Positions 63,009 to 64,000 of a DNA stretch of 64,000 bases are shown here, piece after piece (position 1 is the first letter of the stretch; the number at the start of each line of letters is the position of its first letter). Source of the DNA: Octopus vulgaris. Taxonomy: Eukaryota. Made by a program: the position numbers and the translations under genes. The notes below the pieces were generated by a model that saw nothing but the letters and a program-made list of their open reading frames with translations, searched no databases and was not told where the DNA came from. The stretch lies in NCBI GenBank assembly GCA_951406725.2, contig OX597821.1, forward strand, positions 118,358,001 to 118,422,000, read 5' to 3'.

Positions 63009-64000
63009 GCTAACTTCATCCTGAGGCTCAAAGGCAATGAAATGGAGCATACAACCCACCGGTCTGCTATAAAAATGCTGCACACAATACAACAGAACAT
63101 CATGGGTGTGCAATTTATGTTTAGACGAAACCTTGGAGAACAGTACACCCAGAGAAAACATAATTAATAGGGATTCCAAACTTATTATACTATGTAAATA
63201 TAAAAGCTAATCCTCATGCTTAAAATTAGAAAAAAAAGACAAAAAGAAAATAAGTCCAACATCATCACAGACATCTCTACCCTCTCTTTCTACCACCTTT
63301 CACAAATCCCTACCAAACACATAAAAATGCCCACATACCCCAGTCAACTTTCTCATTTGTCAAAATTCATAAAAAAAACCATCCGTTAAGCATGTATTAA
63401 TATTATTTTGCTCGAAGAACTGAATGCATGAACATGATGTAAACGAGGACACTGGTTGCCCATGGACTACATTGCATTTATCCTAAGAATATGGTCTATG
63501 CTATTAAGAAATTTGTAAATTGTGGAAACGCGCGTAGCGATGCAATAAAATATTTATAAATTCCATCGATGGATTATTATTGTAATTGCTGTATATACAC
63601 TTGTGTATTTATTATAATATATCCCCTTGCCTGGATGTTATTACTGCTGTGTATTTCAAAAATGGAGGTGAGAATATGATACAAATTTTATATACAATGA
63701 TATCCGCTTGTGGAAGGAATAATTTCATAGACATAATACACAGCACTCACCTTCTTTCTCTCTCATCATCCGTACTTATAAATAAAAACATTTTAACTGT
63801 AGTTAGGACATACCTATTTCTATTTTTTCTAATTACTCGACTTTTCATACTTGATCATAAAACAAATTAATGTGTGTCATAGACCTGACACAGTTGTTAT
63901 TCAACATTTGATATTTAAATGTGACACTAAGAAAGTTGACTAAATTGTATTCTCTTTATCCCATTTGAATAATTCATGCATCGAATGTGTACAGAATTAT

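Overview
AT-rich, microsatellite-saturated animal DNA; the SINE and microsatellite content looks like Octopus (cephalopod), which is an inference. There is a 100-N scaffold gap at 43132-43231. Most of the window is transposon debris: tRNA-derived SINEs, CR1-, RTE-, R4/Dong- and L1/Tx1-type LINE fragments, Tc1/mariner, hAT, a deleted Helitron and MITEs. It also holds many Penelope-like element (PLE) pieces with inverted arms and about 11 hammerhead-ribozyme motifs. These include a PLE with an uninterrupted RT+GIY-YIG ORF and a 429-bp tandem retrozyme-like array. Two kinds of host gene are hidden from the ORF track. (1) Three exons of mitochondrial ribosomal protein S9 (+), frameshifted and cut off by the gap. 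(2) Pieces of an apparent tandem family of small secreted peptides on the minus strand: a TATA/Inr promoter with a phase-1 signal-peptide exon (2671-2719), a second copy of that promoter (43232-44400), and a phase-1 terminal exon (57877-58046). That exon encodes a 52-aa cationic mature peptide with 10 Trp, 7 Cys, 6 His, no acidic residue and a galaxin-like CGxxxYNPxxQxCC motif. This peptide family is the most novel-looking signal.
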